Part shown: positions 59,816-63,897 of the stretch, piece by piece | How the letters are laid out: every line of letters starts with the position of its first letter | Numbering within the stretch: the first letter of the stretch is position 1 | DNA from: a bacterium | Lineage (GTDB): Bacteria > Zhuqueibacterota > Zhuqueibacteria > Zhuqueibacterales > Zhuqueibacteraceae | Direction of reading: 5' to 3' | DNA length: 63,897 nt | Assembly: GCA_044869275.1 (NCBI GenBank) | Contig: JBIOXB010000208.1 | Location: 1-63,897, forward strand | Notes under the pieces: generated by a model | Database searches by the model: none | The model's input: the letters and a program-made list of their open reading frames with translations, nothing else | Told to the model about the DNA's origin: nothing | Made by a program: the position numbers and the translations under genes

Positions 59816-59958
59816 AGCAGGTTGCTGAAAAAGCGTCGAATTGCTCTGATTCGTCATTCCCGTCCCGCCACTGCGGGAGGAATCCATGATTTTGTTGGAT
59901 TTTCTGGATACCCGCTTTCGCGGGTATGACATCTAAAAGAGTATTTCAGCATCCTGTT
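59816..59958. mobile_element. MITE-like element, family B, copy 1
   Basis: TIR CAGGTTGCTGAAA / TTTCAGCATCCTG with internal GTCATTCCC..GGAATCCA and TGGATACCCGCTTTCGCGGGTATGAC REP-like units. Confidence 0.75.
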
Positions 59959-60997
59959 AGAGAACCACTTTCTTCTCGCCGCGATCTACTGCTTTGATGA
60001 ATTTGGCCAGGCCGCTCATGTAACGCTGCTGATCGTCCCACATGCACATGTGGCTGCCGTTTTCACACAATAGATAGCTGCCGCTCTGAACTTGTTGCGA
60101 CATCCATTTTAGATGCTCCGGAGCCATGGTGTCATAGTTCGACGCGATGACCAGAGTCGGAACCGTGATGGCGCCCAGTTGGCTGCCAATATCCCAATGC
60201 TCGAGTTTACCGGAAAGGCCGAACTCGCTCGGCCCCTGCATCATCAAGTAGATGGTATGATTGATCTTGCTGAAAGCTCTCAACATTGGCTCGGGCCATT
60301 CTTCCATGGGCAGACGGCAGATGAATTTGTTATAAAAGTTGGGCATCAACAACTCCATGTAGCGCGGATTTTCAAACTCGCCCTTGGCTTCAAGGGCTTT
60401 GATCTCCGCCAATACCGCCGGGTCCAATTGCTTGCCCAAAACCTCCTCAGCGTACTTGTTGTAGGCGGGTGAGCTGGACATCGCGTTCGAGATGATCAAC
60501 CCTTTGATGTTGCCCTGATATTTCAGCGCATATTGCTGCGCCAGCCAGCCGCCCCAGGAATGCCCCAGCAGATAGCAATTATCTTTGTTCAGCCCCAGTG
60601 CCTTTCTCACCTGCTCCACCTCTTCCACAAAGCGGCCGATATTCCACAAGCTGGTGTCCTGCGGTTGATCGGAATATGCCGAACCGAGCTGGTCGTAATA
60701 GATGAATTCGATCCCATCCTTCGGGAGAAAACTTTCCAGGCATTCGAAATACTCGTGTGTGGCGCCCGGGCCGCCATGCAGCAGGAGAAGCTTCATGCGG
60801 GGATTGTTGCCAAACCGCTTAGTCCAAACTTTGAATGTCCCGGCAGGAGTTTGCACCGGAATCATTTTCACACCGCCGGTTTGAACACCCGGTTCGATGG
60901 TTTCAAAGTAGGTGTGCTTTTCCGCTTGTTGGCCTGAGCAGGAGCATAACAGCCCAGTGACGATGAGGGCCATCGCGGATATTGAGAATGTTCTCAT
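59957..60997 (-). CDS. Proline iminopeptidase-family alpha/beta hydrolase (lipoprotein)
   Basis: HGGPG, YDQLG, GHSWGG, GPSEF and GSH, with a lipobox-like LCSC. Confidence 0.9.
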   Translation of the reverse strand: MRTFSISAMALIVTGLLCSCSGQQAEKHTYFETIEPGVQTGGVKMIPVQTPAGTFKVWTKRFGNNPRMKLLLLHGGPGATHEYFECLESFLPKDGIEFIYYDQLGSAYSDQPQDTSLWNIGRFVEEVEQVRKALGLNKDNCYLLGHSWGGWLAQQYALKYQGNIKGLIISNAMSSSPAYNKYAEEVLGKQLDPAVLAEIKALEAKGEFENPRYMELLMPNFYNKFICRLPMEEWPEPMLRAFSKINHTIYLMMQGPSEFGLSGKLEHWDIGSQLGAITVPTLVIASNYDTMAPEHLKWMSQQVQSGSYLLCENGSHMCMWDDQQRYMSGLAKFIKAVDRGEKKVVL

Positions 60998-61055
60998 TAC
61001 TAATGTTTGCCTCCGTTTCTACTCATGACGACCTCCTACGGTCAGCAAAACTTCC

Positions 61056-61199
61056 AGCAGGATGCTGAAAAGCAGTATTTTGAAGTCATGCCTGAGAAAG
61101 CGGGCATCCAGGGAATTCAACAAATCCATGGATTCCTCCCGCCGCGGCGGGACGGGAATGACAAAGTGAAGTAATTTCAGGCTTTTTCAGCATCCTGCT
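61056..61199. mobile_element. MITE-like element, family B, copy 2 (inverted)
   Basis: TIR CAGGATGCTGAAAAG / TTTTCAGCATCCTG. The interior is a reverse-complement homolog of 59816-59958. Confidence 0.75.
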
Positions 61200-61262
61200 C
61201 GAATAATTACCGGGCGAGGAATGTGGGCAGCTATATTTCGCACAAGCACTGCCCCCATTAAA

Positions 61263-61787
61263 CTATTTTTTCATCCCCTCTGGTCCGGGCATCGAAATGA
61301 TCCCGAGCTGCGTCATCATCGTCAAATCGTCACTCACGCCCCAATGCTCGACGGCCTTGCCGCTCACAAAACGCACAATATCGACGCCTTTGACCTCGAT
61401 CTTTTTCCCGGTCGCGGGCATGCCCATGAATTCGCCTTTGTTGGTGCCGCGCATGGTGGTGTAGGCCCATACTTTATCGCCCTTCGCGACGATATCTTCT
61501 ATGGTCATCTGCAAATCCGGAAAAGCCGTGCGGAACATGGTCATCGTTTGGGTCAATCCCGCTTTATTGGGAGGCACGTTGGGATTAGGAACATAATGCT
61601 CGACAAAGCTATCAGCGACCAATTCATCAATGACTTTCATGTCGCCTTTATGCATCACCTCGTCAAAGAAACGTTTCATCGCGGCGGTGTTCTTTTCTTC
61701 CTCGCCCCCCGAGGTGAAGCCCAGGGTGAGGGCGCACAACGCAACGGCCGTACAGAAGGCGGCAATGCTTCTGCCGTGATTGAACAT
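61263..61787 (-). CDS. Ester cyclase / SnoaL-like protein with signal peptide
   Basis: AFPDLQMTIEDIVAKGDKV, GEFMGMPATGK and EHWG. GAGGAGG RBS. Confidence 0.9.
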   Translation of the reverse strand: MFNHGRSIAAFCTAVALCALTLGFTSGGEEEKNTAAMKRFFDEVMHKGDMKVIDELVADSFVEHYVPNPNVPPNKAGLTQTMTMFRTAFPDLQMTIEDIVAKGDKVWAYTTMRGTNKGEFMGMPATGKKIEVKGVDIVRFVSGKAVEHWGVSDDLTMMTQLGIISMPGPEGMKK

Positions 61788-61938
61788 GACGAACCTCCTC
61801 ATGGTGAAGTTTCTCTTTCAACCTGCCTTGAAAAGAGGGAATTGAGGCCGGGCAGGCGGATTTGGCACCGAGCCTACAAGTAAAGCTACGTTGCAACGGG
61901 AGTTTCGGATTTATAATAATCAAATTTACCAATTATCC

Positions 61939-61976
61939 AAAACAAAAGGCGATGCCGCTATGAACGGCATCGCCTT
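61939..61976 (-). terminator. Intrinsic terminator downstream of the histidine kinase
   Basis: AAGGCGATGCCG/CGGCATCGCCTT stem followed by TTGTTTT on the minus strand. Confidence 0.65.
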
Positions 61977-62031
61977 GCCGCAATCATTTGTCGAATGTTT
62001 GCAATCGGGAGGCCGCCACTTCTTTCGAGAT

Positions 62032-63897
62032 TCAATTCACCGGCAGTGTCACGATAAACGTCGCGCCCTCGCCCTGCTTGCTTTCCATTGTAAGCGTGCC
62101 GCCATGTCCCTGAGTGACGATGTCATACGAAAGCGACAAACCCAGTCCCGTGCCTGAGCCTGCCGGTTTGGTGGTAACAAACGGCTCAAAGATCTTCACC
62201 CGCAGATCGTCGGGAATGCCGCCGCCGTTGTCACTTACCCGAATCTCAACGTTGCCCTGTACGGAACGCGTGGATACGGTAACTATGGGCAAATAGGTCC
62301 CGTCTGCCGACTGTGCTCGCTCGCGTACGGCATCGAAGGCATTGCTCAACAGATTCAGCAACACGCGACCGATTTCCTGCGGCACCAACTCGATCTTGCC
62401 GTCAAGCTCACCGAAATCCCGTGTGAGGCTCACATTGAAATCCGGCACTTTGGCGCGCATGCCGTGGTAGGTGAGGTTAACGTATTCTTCGACCAGCGCG
62501 TTGACGTCGGTTGGCTGGCGTTCTCCTTTGCCACCGCGGGCGTGTTGCATCATGGCGCGGACAATGCCGTCGGCGCGTTTGCCGTGGTGGTTGATCTTCT
62601 CCGCGTTTTGAATCAACGTGTCGATAATCTCTTTGAGGTTCGCAAGACTCTCACGATCCACAATCTTCGATCCACAATCCTCGATCTTCTCGAAGCTTTC
62701 ACGATCCACGATCTTCGATCCACGATCCACGATCTTTGCGATCTCATCCCGCAATTCCCCCGCCAAATCCACTGACAGCGCCGCAAAGTTGTTGACGAAA
62801 TTGAGCGGATTCTTGATCTCATGCGCGATGCCGGCAGTGAGCTGGCCCAGCGAGGCCATCTTTTCGGCCTGAACCAGTTGGCCCTGTGTCTTCTGGAGAT
62901 TTTCAAGCGCGGCTTCGATTTCCGCTTTCGCAGCTTCCAATCGTTGAAAGTCCTCGTAACGCGCATAAGCAACGCCGAACGCTTTTGCGAGCGCGTGGCT
63001 TATGTCAATTTCATCTTGAGAGAGCGCCGCGCTGCTACCGATGTAAAGCATGCCCTGGGTGAACGGCACGAACTGCAGCACCAGCTTCTCGGGCGCTTCG
63101 TCGCCTCCCTGATACTTCTCGGGGCTATCGATCAATCCCCGTTTGAAGATCGATCGCGTCCAGGCGACGAATTGCTCGCGCTGCCATTCCTCGCGATAAA
63201 CCTTCTGCTGCCGCCAGTGTTGCACCGCGGCTTTGACGAGGGGTGCGCTATCATATTTCAAATGCAATGCAGCAAGAGCTTCTCCCAATGGTGTAGAGAG
63301 ATAAACCTGTGCATGCTCGCTCGCCTCCTCCATGATGAAAACGCCGCAGCGGAAGAACGGCACGCCGAGATTGGTCAGCTCCCGCCAGATGAGCGGGGTG
63401 ATGCGCTGCAAATCGCCGGCAGTGCGCATCGAGGCGATCTCGGCGCGCACGCGGTCGAGGGAAGCCTGCTGCTCAGCCTCGCGGGCCTGTGCTTCTGCTT
63501 TTTGAATATCAAGAAAGCGCTGGTAGGTGAGATTAAACACGCCGGCAAAGCGCTTCATCACTGCTTTTGCTTCTTCAGGAAAAGCGGTTTCGCGAAAAGC
63601 AAACAGGGCGCCGGCCTGGAAGGAGGCGACGTAATAAAACTGCTGAAGATTTTCAGCATGTTCAACCATTGACGGCGATTCTGGAAGTCTGAAGTTGGTC
63701 TCGCCCAAAGCTCTGTAATAGCCGGCCAGGTCTTCTCCCTGCAATACATAGGAAAAGTCTCCCTGCTTCAACCATGCGTCAAACGCCCCTTGCAGCAAAG
63801 GGTGAATGTCCATCGATTCATCGCCCGAAACATGCACGTTGCTGCCATGCTCGGATTTTGAGGTGGTCCAGACCTGGGCGCAGCGCTTCTCTTTATT
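62032..63897 (-). CDS. Sensor histidine kinase with GAF-like repeats, 5' end outside the window
   Basis: H-box [32 protein letters not shown] and GTGLGLS. The frame is open to the window edge. Confidence 0.92.
   Translation of the reverse strand, partial: NKEKRCAQVWTTSKSEHGSNVHVSGDESMDIHPLLQGAFDAWLKQGDFSYVLQGEDLAGYYRALGETNFRLPESPSMVEHAENLQQFYYVASFQAGALFAFRETAFPEEAKAVMKRFAGVFNLTYQRFLDIQKAEAQAREAEQQASLDRVRAEIASMRTAGDLQRITPLIWRELTNLGVPFFRCGVFIMEEASEHAQVYLSTPLGEALAALHLKYDSAPLVKAAVQHWRQQKVYREEWQREQFVAWTRSIFKRGLIDSPEKYQGGDEAPEKLVLQFVPFTQGMLYIGSSAALSQDEIDISHALAKAFGVAYARYEDFQRLEAAKAEIEAALENLQKTQGQLVQAEKMASLGQLTAGIAHEIKNPLNFVNNFAALSVDLAGELRDEIAKIVDRGSKIVDRESFEKIEDCGSKIVDRESLANLKEIIDTLIQNAEKINHHGKRADGIVRAMMQHARGGKGERQPTDVNALVEEYVNLTYHGMRAKVPDFNVSLTRDFGELDGKIELVPQEIGRVLLNLLSNAFDAVRERAQSADGTYLPIVTVSTRSVQGNVEIRVSDNGGGIPDDLRVKIFEPFVTTKPAGSGTGLGLSLSYDIVTQGHGGTLTMESKQGEGATFIVTLPVN
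62654..62736. repeat. Heptamer array inside a coding sequence (2 x 5 units, 48-bp period)
   Basis: CGATCCA CAATCTT CGATCCA CAATCCT CGATCTT and CGATCCA CGATCTT CGATCCA CGATCCA CGATCTT. Confidence 0.85.

Noticed and set aside
61000..61037. 8-codon ORF (MSRNGGKH) with a GGAGG RBS upstream of the proline iminopeptidase
   Set aside because: It has no Pro-rich or attenuator signature and is more likely a remnant of an older start.

Overview
About 64 kb of GC-rich bacterial chromosome. The gene set (lpxH, spoVG, BMC shell genes, bactofilins, beta-propeller sensor kinase) fits a diderm, and I infer (unverified) a KSB1/Calditrichota-like lineage. The left half is mostly housekeeping: mutM, mgtE, ABC transporters, tandem bactofilins, PBP1A, lpxH, two orphan BMC-H genes, and ispE-spoVG-tRNA-Gln-prs-rplY-pth-rpsF-ssb-rpsR-rplI-tsaD. 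The middle holds a signalling locus: hybrid kinase, stand-alone HisKA/DHp mini-protein, NtrC-type activator, then a sigma54 promoter with paired upstream sites. Nearby are a sensor kinase whose phospho-His is replaced by Asp and a CxxU SelW-like selenoprotein that the ORF track misses. The right half is accessory: peptidases, a MacAB-type exporter interrupted by a four-helix-bundle gene bracketed by inverted heptamer arrays, three MITE-like families (one copy nested in a REP-like palindrome with a 5-bp target duplication), and several decayed gene remnants. Periodic 6-9 bp repeat arrays, mostly as inverted pairs, recur through the window. One array sits in-frame inside a histidine kinase.
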